Shown here piece by piece: positions 13,253 through 25,068 of a stretch of DNA of 64,000 bases (the stretch's first letter is position 1; every line of letters starts with the position of its first letter). The stretch spans positions 292,640,001 to 292,704,000 of the forward strand of contig OZ024743.1 in the NCBI GenBank assembly GCA_964016885.1, in the 5' to 3' direction. The notes beneath the pieces are model-generated. The model did no database searches and was not told the DNA's origin. It saw nothing but the letters and a program-made list of their open reading frames with translations. The DNA comes from Eledone cirrhosa (lineage: Eukaryota). The translations under genes were made by a program, and so were the position numbers.

Positions 13253-13919
13253 AAAGGTATATATTGTTAGAAACTCAAAATAGTCTCTTACAATTTCTCA
13301 AAGAAAGAAGTTTTTCTGAGCCGTGTAATATAATTGAATATTAAAGAGGGATAAACACAGGTATAAACATATATGTGTTCAAATCATAAGGGACCATATT
13401 CGCTAGGGTGAAAAAAATACTAACTATTAACAATATGGTTTACCAGACTCAATTTAAAACAATAAATCACGAAAATAAATACAAACCGATATTGGGCAAC
13501 TGCCTAACACTCAGGCAGCTTTGGTAGGCTGTTTCGCAATTTTAGCGAAATGAATTACCAATTCTTTGCTCATCAGTGGGTGTAAAATTAGTAAACCCTT
13601 CACTTCTAAGTACACCAGAAGACTGAATAGTGTCCGAATATAAAATAACGCACATGGCATCAGAACCGAGCGTGTCTTATAAACGTACGCTACTAAAAAT
13701 AGCAGCCAAATTTTCAGAACATTTAAATTAGCTCTACAAAATTGATGGAGCCGACTAAATGAAAGGTATATATTGAGTTAGAAACTCAAAATGGTCTCTT
13801 ACAATTAAATAGCTCAAAGAAAGAGGTTTTTCTGAGCCGTGTAATATAATTAAATATAAAAGAGAGATAAACACAGATATAAACATATGTGTTCAAATCA
13901 TAAGGGACCATATTCGCTA
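13253..13919 (-). mobile_element. Retrozyme-like or Penelope pseudo-LTR-like unit, about 1.3 tandem copies of a 509-bp monomer
   Basis: Direct repeats 13253-13405 and 13762-13919 enclose a hammerhead; no ORF. Confidence 0.7.
13507..13583 (-). ncRNA. Type I hammerhead ribozyme motif, U16.1 apparently mutated to C
   Basis: Minus strand: acaccca-CTGATGA-gcaa...ttgc-GAAA-cagc-ctaccaaa-gctg-CC|tgagtgt; all three stems pair. Confidence 0.8.
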
Positions 13920-14064
13920 TATATTTATGCAAACAGAAACATAAAACCACACACACAGACATAGGGAGAGAGAGAGACATGTTGGTAAACAAATAGATAG
14001 AGAATGATAGATAGTTAGATAGTTAGATGGCTGTAAAGTTAGATAGTTAGATAGATAGATAGAT

Positions 14065-15551
14065 AAATTTCTTTATTAGCCACAAGGGCACAAAAGAAGG
14101 GGACAAATACAAATGGGGAGTTTACATACAGGTATATGAAAATAAAACTATTAATAAAACAACAAATAACAATTGAAATCCCCAATAGGGAGCAGGTGTT
14201 ACACAGGGGTTGTACACACCCCGAAAAAGTGTACAACTCTCATCTCCAGGAGCACCAATAGTGAGTACTCCCTTCCTCCCTTCCTCTTTTTCCTCAACCT
14301 ACAGGCTTATATAGAGAGAAGGCCCAACCACTCGGGACATCTGTGCCACATTCACCCACATTTTATAAAATTTTCTAGGGTACAGCACCTCTCTCTCCAT
14401 CCTGATTCATCTTCTAAAATGATATTTGAAAAAACGAATCAGTTGTTCGCCGGAGAGAAAGATGTCTGACCTCAGCCCTTTTAACCTCTTCCACCATATA
14501 ACCTCCTTCACCATAGCCATAACACATAGGAAAACCGCCTCTCCCTCGTTATTGAAGAAGGGTGGCGGTTTGATCATGACATTCGACTCGGTGGTCAAAT
14601 GGATTGGTCCCACCCGCGACAATAGTCGTTCTACATAGCCCCACAGGTCGGTAACTCCCGGGAAGTGAACAAATGCGTGCGCGACGGTTTCCTCGTCACG
14701 CACGCATCTCGGACAGATCTTTTTCGAAGGGTCCCTGCCCGGGCGCCCGTGTCTGTAGAACGTATCTCGAACTGGTAGAACTCCTCGGTAGTACTGCCAG
14801 GCCAGGGACTTTTGGAAGTTGTCCATTGGTCTCGGCTGGAAGGTCCTACCGAACAGACTGGCCAGTTCATCTTCCTCTACGCCTAGAGTTTCTCCGAGCG
14901 CGTCGTAGCATTTGCTGCGGACCAACCCTCTATAGAATATCGAAGTGGAATCTCCACTGATCGCCGGGTCCGTTTGCCAGAGGAGTGTGTGCGCCTGAGC
15001 ACATTCCATGTGCCAATCGCCCATTTTCCTCGGTTTTTGCTTGACCCAGGACTGCAGCCCGGTCAGCGAGACGAGTCGTGGAAAAGCTCGCCTCATGAAC
15101 GGGGCCCACACCGGTTGTCCGTTGAGGAATACCTGAAGGTGCCGCAGCCTGGCCGCGTGTTTGCGCATCGTCAGTCATGTCATCCCCAGCCCACCGTTTG
15201 AAGGGTGTTGGCAGCAGATTGATCTTCTCACCAAAGGAGCTCGTTTATCCCAAAGGAATTGGAAGAGCACGCGCTCCATTTTGGTGAGCGTTTTGGCTGG
15301 ACAAGGCACGACGGTCAAACGGTAGTAGATGACGGAGGCTATAAAAGTGTTCGCCACCTCCGCTCGACCTTTCAAGGATAATTAGCATTCGGCCCACTTC
15401 TGGGTGAGCGCAAACACCTTGGCCGTCACCTCGTTCCAGTTCTTCTCTACCTGGAGGTCCGGACCAAACCAGACCCCGAGCAGCTTTACCGGTCCTTCCG
15501 TCAAGCGTCCGACGACGCCATCGGAAGACATCGGTTTGCTTCTCCACGTTC
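14065..15551 (-). mobile_element. Tx1/L1-clade LINE, 5'-truncated copy
   Basis: Homologous to the ORF2 3' end of 15570-21320 (GGLG, CPRC..ET..HAFVH); bounded by TAGA repeats. Confidence 0.88.
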
Positions 15552-15753
15552 TAGATAGATAGATATATTTATTTATTTACCATAAAGGCATAAAAAGAAG
15601 GGGCAAATACAGAGGGGGAGTTTACATAAAACCGAGTAAAAAGGGTATAAAATGAAAATAATCGAAAACAACCTCAAAAGGGAGGGGACCTGATGGCGGT
15701 TGCACCCCCCCCCCCCCCGAAAAAGTGTGCAATCCTCTCCTTCACTTCTTTAC

Positions 15754-18700
15754 CTACAGGATGGTATACAGAGAAGACCCATTTACATGAGCCATTCTCG
15801 TCACTATCACCCACCTTTCATAAAATTGCCTGTGGCCAAGCACCTCTCTCTCCATTCTTATCCTTCTTCCGAAGTGATATCGGAAGAAGTAGACCAGACT
15901 ATGGCCAGAGAGGAAGTTGCCTGACCTCAGACTTTTCAATCGTGTCCACCATACCACCTCTTTCAACATGGATATTACGCACAGAAAAACCGCCTTTGCT
16001 TCCTTTGTGAAGAGAGGAGGCGGCTTGATTGTCATCACGGACTCGGCGGTCAATCGAATCGGCGTCACCCGCGACAGTAGTCGTTCGGCGTAGCCACACG
16101 GATCAGCCACGCCCGGACATTGCACCAATGCCTGCGCAACGGTTTCTTCGTGACGCACGCATCTAGGGCAAATCTTTTTTCGAGGGATCCCTGCCCGGGC
16201 GCCCGTGTCTGTAGAGCTTTTCTCGAACGGATAGAGCCCCCCGGTAGCAGTGCCAGGCTAGTGATTTCTGGAAGTTGTCCATTGGTCCTGGGCCGAAAGT
16301 CCTACCGAACAGGCTGGCCAGCTCGTCATTTTCCATGTCCAGCGACTCTCCAATGGTGTCATCGCCCCTGCTAGCCACCAGCCCTCTATAGAATGACGAG
16401 GTGGATTCTCCACCGATGGCCGGGTCCGCTTGCCAGAGAGCCCTTAGCGCCTGGGCACACTCAGTGTGCCAGTCTCCCAGTTTTCCGGATTTTTGCTTGA
16501 CCCAGGACTGCAGCTCGGTGAGCGAGACGAGTCTCCGAAAGGCTCGTTTCAAGAACAGAGCCCACACAGGTTGACCAGTGAGGAATACCTGTAGGTGCCG
16601 TAGCCTTAATGCGTGTCTACGCATCATCAACCACGGCATCCCCAGCCCTCCTTTCGAAGGTTGTTGGCAGCAGATGGATCTTCTCACCATAGGAGGGCGC
16701 TTCTTCCAAAGAAATTGAAAGAGCATGCGTTCCATGGTGGTGAGTGTTTCCTTAGGGCAAGGCACGACAGTCAGGCGGTAGTAAGTGACGGACGCTATGT
16801 AAATGTTCGCCACCTCCGCCCGACCTTTTAGGGACAGCTTACACTTGGACCATTTCTGGGTCAGTGCAAACACCTTGTTCGTAACCTCGCCCCATTTCTT
16901 TTCCACCTGGAGGTCCGGTCCAAACCAGACCCCAAGCAACTTCACCGGGCCCTCCGTCCAGCGTCCGACGACACCGTCGGGAGGCATCGGTCTGCCTCTC
17001 CACGTTCCGAGTTGCAGCCCGATGGATTTTTCCCGGTTCAGTTTCGCTCCTGACAACCGTTCGTATTCATCCAGTAAGGTACCGATCGCCTCGATCTCCG
17101 AGTCGGTCGATACCATTACTGTTACGTCATCGGCGTAGGCCGACACCGCTTTGCTCAATCCTGGTTCCAGGGGGATACCCTGCAACAACTCCAACTTCCT
17201 CAGTAAAGGCACGAGTGTCAATACGTAGAGAAGGGAGGAGAGAGGGCACCCCTGTCAAATGGATCGTGTGATTTCGAACGGCTTCGAAAGGTAGCTGTTC
17301 ACCTTGATCCTAGAACAGATGCCTCTGAAAACAGGACCGAACCCAGCCGCCGCTAGCACCGCATCCAGGTAACCATGGTCGACCCTATCGAATACCTTAG
17401 ACTAATCCAAGTTGATCAGGGCCCCACCGAAGCCGGGTTTGTTTCCAAGCCTCTCTATGATGTATCGCATGAGGTGGAGGTTGTCGTGAATGGACCTGGA
17501 TAGGATAGCACATGTCTGCGCATCTCCCACCAGGCCACCCACGACAAGCGCCAACCTCTTTGCTAACACCTTGGCCAAAATCTTTAACTCTGTGTTTAGC
17601 AGGGTTATGGGCCGAAAATTATTTATACTATCCCCCTTGTTCTCGTCCTTCCTCACCAGCGAGACTACGCCCTTGGCTACAGAACAAGGAATTCTCCCGT
17701 TCTGCTGCCAATTGCAGTAGACTGCTTCGAGGAGTTCGGAGAAGAAGACCGGCATTGCTAAATAAAGTTCGTAAGGTATACCATCGAGACCTGGAGATTT
17801 GTGTCTGCTGCATTGGCTCAGCGCATCCCCGATCTCATCAGCCGAGATTGGTCCCTCCCAGGACTCTGCCTCTTCGCTTGAGAGACGCGGCAGGGCGTCG
17901 AGGTATGGACCGAAATCCACGTCCCCGCCCGGTCCCTCGCCTCCCCCGATCAATCGGGCAAAGTGCCTTTGAAAGGCCTCGCACATCTGCTTAGGCTCCC
18001 GGATCACCCGTCCATCATCGTCTTGCAAAGACCGGATGGTGGATCGATTTCCACTCTTAGCTTCTGTCACGTGGGCCCAGCCAACGGCTTTGGCCCCCTC
18101 ATTACCTTGAGCACGTATTTTACTTCGAATGACGCAGCCTTCGTGCTTTGCATCGAAAAACTGGCTCAAGGCCGTCCTCGATGCCAGCACTCTGGCCACA
18201 TCTTCGCTCTTGATTGCCTCTTCTAATTTACCTGTTAATTCTTTCTCGTTCCTATTCCTATCGGCAGCTAACATCTTGCTATGTTCTAATCTCTCTTTTG
18301 AGAGATGCCCACCATCGGTTGTTGACGATTGCACCCGTCAACCTCTCCTTAACTAATCTGCTAATCCGGTTTCTGTAAGCCTCTTTTGCCGGTAAAGACA
18401 AATTAAGTTTCCAGTAACCGGGACCCTGTCTATGTGTTTTCTCGAGATTGACTACGCAGGTCACTAATTTGTGATCTGTATAGCCAACCGTGAGCATTTC
18501 AGGACAGCTTAATATGTCCCTATCCTTACTTCTAACTAAGAATCTATCTAAGTACGATCTAGATTGACCAATGTGGTTCGTCCAAGTCCAGGTTGGCACA
18601 GTTGGAAAATCTAGTCGATATCTATCGACCAAGTTAAAACGGTCGTGTAACCCCTTGAGGCTGTTACACCCACCTCTATTAGGACATGCTCCTGCATAGT

Positions 18701-19151
18701 CCCAACATGCATCTAGGATGTCATTCCAATCCCCCGCTAGAAGCAGGGAACGTGACGTTTCCAGAAAAGTCTCCAGACGCTGGAAGAAGTCGGGTCGTTC
18801 AGCTCCGAAAGAGGAGTAGACGGCGACCAGTCTCAAGGCCGCACCTTCACTACTGCCAACGTCTAGCACCAACAAACGACCTTCCGGGTCCGAGTGAACA
18901 ACCTGTACGGCGAGACACAGGTGTTTTTCCAGCAGTACGACAACCCCACCCCCACCTCCAGGTTGACAGAGAGATGCATGCACCTCAAAGTCATCGAAGG
19001 TAGGGGCCAGCTGCCGCACGACGCTGATTCGAATCTCACAGATAACCATGACATTTATACCACGTGACCTGAGGTCATTTAGAAGCTTTGCTTGCTTCCA
19101 AGTTGAGCCCAGACCACGTGCATTCAAACATCCTACTCTTACCACATCCAT
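15754..19151 (-). pseudogene. Tx1-like ORF2 (APE endonuclease + reverse transcriptase)
   Basis: CLNARGL, AGDWN, SYLDRFL, TDHKLV, GPGYWKLN; KSPGLDG, NFRPITLLN, QGCPLS, AYADD. Frameshifts near 18330 and 16175; stops at 17402 and ~17276. Confidence 0.92.
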
Positions 19152-19422
19152 GTGGGCGGCAAAGCCAAAGGAGAGTGTAGAGACTTACCTTTCTGCTTCC
19201 CGGGGTTCGGGTCGCACGACTTCCATAGGGTCGGGGGTGTTGGGTGAAGGGGTGTCTTGTGGTGGTGTGGTGTCGTCAGTATTTGGTGGGGTTGGGGTGT
19301 TTGGAGTTGTGTTGGGGAGGGAAGGGGAAGGGGAAAGCTTTTTAGGAGGACGCGGTTTGTGGGTTTGACAGAGGGTGGTCCTACGTCCTCCTTAAAATCC
19401 TTTTTTAATTTTTGGTAGAGGT

Positions 19423-20939
19423 TCATAATTTTAAATGTGGGTAGTTTTCTGAAGAAACAAAGTTTACCCCTTCGGTTTGTACCGAAGGGTTATTGTTTAT
19501 GAGTTCATTTAATTTATTATTGTTTCTGTTGATGTAAGTATAGTGTAATGTCTTTTTTTCGGATGGTGTGAGTGTTTCGAAGAGGGGAGGGGCAGGTTTG
19601 GTTTTGTTTGTTGCTGGAGGGGTGTTTTGTGTTTTGTTGGATTGTGTTGACATTTGGGTAGTGGCTGTTTGGCCTTGTGTGTTTTGCACATGTTTTCTTT
19701 TTTTCCTTTTAATCTGTCTGAAGGACTGTTTCTTCCTCCGAATTCGTTAGGTTATCTTCAGTGTTGGAGGGAAGAGGTATGTTTGCTGGTAATGTTTCCG
19801 TGTTGGTTTTCTTTGTGGGGGAGATGGATGTCACTATGTTAGACTGTGTTGTGTGTTGTGGCTGCGGTGGTTGTGTTGTTTTATTGAGTGAGGGGTTGGG
19901 TGGGACTGTGTTTTGTTTTTGGGTAATGTGTTGTGTCTGTTTGTGTTGTGGTGGTGGTGTAGTTTTACTGATGGACGGGTTGGGTAGGACTGAGTTTTTG
20001 TTGTTTGTTTATCTGTTGTGGTGGTGGTGGAGCTGGTGTTGGTAGCAGGGTTTTCTTCTTGTTGAGTTGGGGACAAGCCGCCTTCAGGTGCCCTCTGCCT
20101 GCACAGATATGACAGGACGGCCTTCTCTCATCCAAGCTAATGTTTATATACCCGTGGCCCTCTAATAGGATTCTGTCGGGTATTTGGGCAATGTGTTCAG
20201 GCTTCATTTGCACTATAACTTCTATACCTGTTCCACTGAACGCATTTCCTGTGGTTTTCCCAATGGAAATCACGTTGTCATTCGCTGGATCGATGAAGCC
20301 AGCTATGAGCCAGCAGTAGTCCACATCTGGCATCATCGCATCCAGCCATATGCGCTGAGTTCTTTTACCCATATAAGATGGATAAAAGGTAAAATTTGTC
20401 GAACGAATCGGCGACAAAGCATATTTCTTTGCCGCTGATTCGTTCTTCATAATAATCGCTAGGCTTCCATACAGCCTGTCTCTTCTTATGAAAGTGGCTT
20501 CATTAAGTACTGCTGTAAGTACTGCTTTAATTTCTGCTTGTGTTGGTTGTTGAGGTTTTTTTGAGATGTTGTTGATGGTGCGGAAAACGACCGTCCGGCA
20601 GTCAATATCTTTGGTGAGTTCTTGGGGCATTTTTACCGATAAGGTTCCATTTTCCCCTTGAGTTATGTATTGTTTGGCGTTTTTTATTCTTTGTGCCACA
20701 TCTGAAATATTTTCAAGTATATATGTTAAAGATTTTTTTGTTGTTTGTGCAAATGAAATATTATTGGTGTTGACTTTGTCGTCTGTTTTGCTTTCTATTA
20801 TGATGTTGTTTTTAAATGTTATTTTTGTGTTTGTTGTTTCTTTGTTTGTGGTATTAATATTGTCATGCAAATCTTTCAAATTTTTTTTTGTTGTTGGAAT
20901 CAATCTCCAGATTTGTGTTTTCGTCATTTTTCTCCGCAC
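19423..20939 (-). pseudogene. Tx1-like ORF1 (gag-like) with low-complexity T/N/K/P tail
   Basis: CHICAGRGHLKAACP (CCHC) in ORF 19965-20939; tail split by frameshifts and containing ~78-bp tandem repeats at 19840-20020. Confidence 0.8.
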
Positions 20940-21329
20940 ATTCGTCTGTTTTTATTTTATTTTATCTTTCCTTCTCTATGACGTTAGTTGGGAAGGAAGG
21001 GGGGGGGACTAAAGCGTGCGAGCTTACAACTCTTACCGCTGTCCCCCACCCCTATTTTCGTTAACTTCGTTTAACATTTCTGCCAGACGATTGAAATTTT
21101 ATGCCACAAAATTTTTAAAAACAGGTTTTTCACCCTTGGGAGGGGCGAAGATGAGCTGACCCACCACCTGACAGTTCAGACGGGGGGGGGGTCAAGCTAC
21201 ACAATAGTATCAAAATTAAAATTAAACTTACAAAATTTCCGCAATAAATTGGAACAAAACTTCTGCGCGAAGTGAATTACGTCTACGCTGTCGAACAGAC
21301 GACAGCTAGAGTTTGTTCCAGATAGATAT

Positions 21330-21837
21330 GTTTCTTTATTAGCCACAGGGGCACAACAGAAGGGGACAAATACAAAGGGGGAAGTTTACATACAATAAAA
21401 ACGTGTAAAATGTTATCACAAATGAAATTTAAAAAGTTAGTCGATTTTCCCCAATAGGGGAGACAGTTTATATGGGTAACACATACCCCCCGAAAAAATG
21501 TGCAACCCTCGTCTCCAGGAGTACGAAGAGTTTGTACTCCTTTCCTCTCCTCCTCCTTTTCCTCAACCTACAGGCTGATATAGAGAGAAGGCCCATCCAC
21601 TCGGGCCATTCTCGCCACTTCCACCAACCTTTCATAAAACTTGCTGGGATACAGCACCTCTCTCTCCATCCTGATTCTTCTTCCAAAGTGGTATTTGAAA
21701 AAAAGAATCAGTTGTTGGCCGGAGAGAAAGGTGTCTGACCTCAGCCCTTTCAACCTTGTCCACCATACAACCTCTTTCGCCATATCTATCACACAAAGGA
21801 AAACCGCTTCTCCTTCGTTTCTGAAGAGTATGTTCCA
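21330..21837 (-). mobile_element. Tx1/L1-clade short copy (3' ~500 bp)
   Basis: MAKEVVWWTRLKGLRSDTFLSG matches the other two copies; TAGA repeats on both sides. Confidence 0.87.
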
Positions 21838-22473
21838 GATAGATAGTTAGATAGATAGATAAACACAAATGTTAATACTTATATAAGAGACGATGTAGAA
21901 ATCAAAATATTTGATGGAAATTTGCAGCAACATTTTCGTACAAAGAAGCAATGTAGTTGGTTATGTATAAATGAAGGTAAAAATAAAACGTGCATCTCTT
22001 AAAGTAACATGGGCTATTAGAATGTTTTATCAAATAAATAATACGCATGTTTATAATATACAGGTAATTACTTGTATAATGGAATTATATTCTAATACGG
22101 CATACTCTCATAAGGAAATACGTTTTACAAAAGTCTAATTATTGAGTGGGGATGATTTGAGGACTCATGGATATAGTGAGGCTTTTATTTGTTTTATCGT
22201 TGCTGTCGTTGTTGTGGCTTTTGCTTTTTTAAGTTTCTTACAGTGAGATATCTTCGTCTGTAATAGAAAAACCTAGAATTGTGAAAAACTTGTGAATATT
22301 CCTATGTATTCTATCATTGGGTTGGAGACTGTTATTTAGTAATAAAAACTGTCATCTCGATATAAAATATTAGAGTTGGTTGGGAAATTTTTGTGTAGTT
22401 AATTTAATAAACATAAAAACCAACATTACCGCTACGTCCAATGCAGTGTAGTTTGTTTTTATTTCTATCAAAA

Positions 22474-23015
22474 TAATTGTTTCTACTTTTGGCACAAGGC
22501 CATCAATTATCCCAGTGCATTACTGGTACTTTATTTTATCGACCTCGTAAGGATGAAAGGCAAAGTCAACCTCGGCGGGATTTGAACTCAGATCGTAAAG
22601 GGACGTAACTATGCTAGAAAGCATGGTGTCTGACCCTCTACCGATACTGGTTGTACGTTATCATAGAAGAGAATACGTTTTCGAGTTTTAAATATAATTG
22701 TTTCTACTTTTGGCACAAGGCCAGCAATTATCCCAGTGTATCACTGGTACTTTATTTTATCGACCCCGTAAGGATGAAAGGCAAAGTTAACCTCGGCGTG
22801 ATTTGAACTCAGACCATAAAGGGCCGTAACTCTTTGCTGCAAAGCATGGCGTCCGACCTTCTACCGATACTGCCAATCGAGCTTTAAATATAATTTTTTC
22901 TGCTTTTGGCACAAGGCCAGTAATTACCCAGTGCATTACTGGTACTTTATTTTATCGACCCCGTAAGGATGAAAGGCAAAGTTAACCTCGGCGGGATTTG
23001 AACTCAGAATGGCAA
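22474..23015 (-). mobile_element. Cluster of three tRNA-derived SINEs (22474-22649, 22695-22878, 22891-23015)
   Basis: Each aligns to the SINE family, with 5' truncation to different extents. Confidence 0.9.
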
Positions 23016-23439
23016 CTATATAATGTTGATATTTATGTTATTAATAAAAGTAATTGATTCGACTCGGTAAAGTGCAACTGAAAAATTAAGTTCACTATAA
23101 ATAACGCAGTAAACCTTTTTCAAAAATATAAGAAATGACATATTTTTAACCTGGAGAATATCAAAATGTTCACGAATTTGGGTTATTCTAAAGGATTATG
23201 AGTAATATAATCCTTATTTCATGAGTAGTGGAATGTAATATAATGTTACTAATGGTGTCTAAATATGATTTTAAAGGAATAATGCGCTTAGTTGTAGGGT
23301 TGTAGATAACTTATCGTGTATGACTATTTTATGTTACTAGTACTTGTATATCGCATGGTCTTCTATATATACATATCTATGGTTACGTGCTTAACAGTAG
23401 TATATATTTCATTTAAGACAGAATAGGATACACCTCCCC

Positions 23440-23498
<59 letters not shown>

Positions 23499-23819
23499 AA
23501 AGAATATTACACACCAGAGTACTCGATACATCAACAGCTAGGTCAAAACTGTTCGGATCTAGCTATATATACGACAGGAGCTCAGCCGTCCGGGTCCCGA
23601 ATTATTTATATATATATATATATTATTAAGGTCACTGCTATAATATACATACATGCATTATGCACATGTACACATATGTGCATGCATATATACATTATAT
23701 ACACAATCTTGAAACATATATTTAAAAATATAAACTACCCTACTATTGCATATCTGCAAACATTTACACACACACACACACACACTTGAATATTAGTTTA
23801 TATATACAATCAAGCACTC

Positions 23820-23877
<58 letters not shown>

Positions 23878-23957
23878 GAAGGAGGTGTGGTAAGGAAACC
23901 AGATGGACCATAACGCACCAGAGTACTCAATACTTAGGGTAGGAGAGTGGGTAATAG

Positions 23958-24065
23958 GAAAATGTTTGACCCCGAAGGCAGAGCTCAAGCCGTTTCGACG
24001 GCTATTTCTGGACTGAAATAGCCGTCGAAACGGCTTGAGCTCTGCCGTCAGGGTCAAATATTTTC
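23958..24065. repeat. Near-perfect 108-bp hairpin containing the 3' half of a hammerhead
   Basis: Arms 23958-24008 and 24015-24065 around loop tggact; right arm reads GAAA-cggc-ttgagctct-gccg-TC|agggtcaaa. Confidence 0.85.
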
Positions 24066-24069
24066 ATAT

Positions 24070-24333
<264 letters not shown>

Positions 24334-24875
24334 AAACAAATCGTTTATTGCTCTACATGGCTTAATACAATAAATGTAATCTGATTTTTTCGAATGTTAA
24401 TAATAATATTCCATTCAGCTTGCAATTAGCCAAACAGCCTCTTTAAAGCCATGTCAGTAGAATGATCCTGTGATTCTTGCTCTTGTGTTGGCATGTAAAT
24501 AGAACTGCAGACACTAAAATATCAAACAAATCGTTTATCGCTCTACATGGCTGAATACAATAAATGTAATGTAGAGCGATAAACGATTTGTTTCTTATAT
24601 GACTGTAACAAAGCCGGCCATAATCGCTCGTATACATGAAAGTGACTGGTCTATCTGCTGACATACAAATCTGGCTGATCAGTAGGTAAGCATTATATTG
24701 CACTGATGAAGGGTAATCACCCAGAAACATTAGTGTCTGCAGTTCTGTTTACATGCCAAAACAAGAGGAAGAATGACGAGGTCATTCTATTGACATGGCT
24801 TTAAAAAGGCTGTTTGCATATTTGCAAACGAATCGAATATTATTATTAATATTCGAAAAACTCAGATTACATTTA
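24334..24875. mobile_element. Hammerhead-bearing ~320-nt retrozyme-like unit with inverted partial copies
   Basis: Plus piece 24569-24875; minus pieces 24334-24517 and 24524-24570 bridge the end of the plus piece to its own start. Confidence 0.78.
24697..24743 (+). ncRNA. Type I hammerhead ribozyme motif
   Basis: attgca-CTGATGA-a-gggt-aatc-accc-a-GAAA-ca-ttag-tg-TC|tgcagt; predicted cleavage after 24737. Confidence 0.85.
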
Positions 24876-24927
24876 CATTTATGTACATATATGTATATAT
24901 GTATATATTCATATATGTATTCATATG

Positions 24928-25068
<141 letters not shown>

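Larger units (their letters stand above)
15570..21320 (-). mobile_element. Tx1/L1-clade LINE, apparently full length (~5.7 kb), disrupted
   Basis: ORF1 with CCHC knuckle, then ORF2 with APE, RT and C-terminal Cys motif; bounded by TAGA repeats. Confidence 0.92.
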
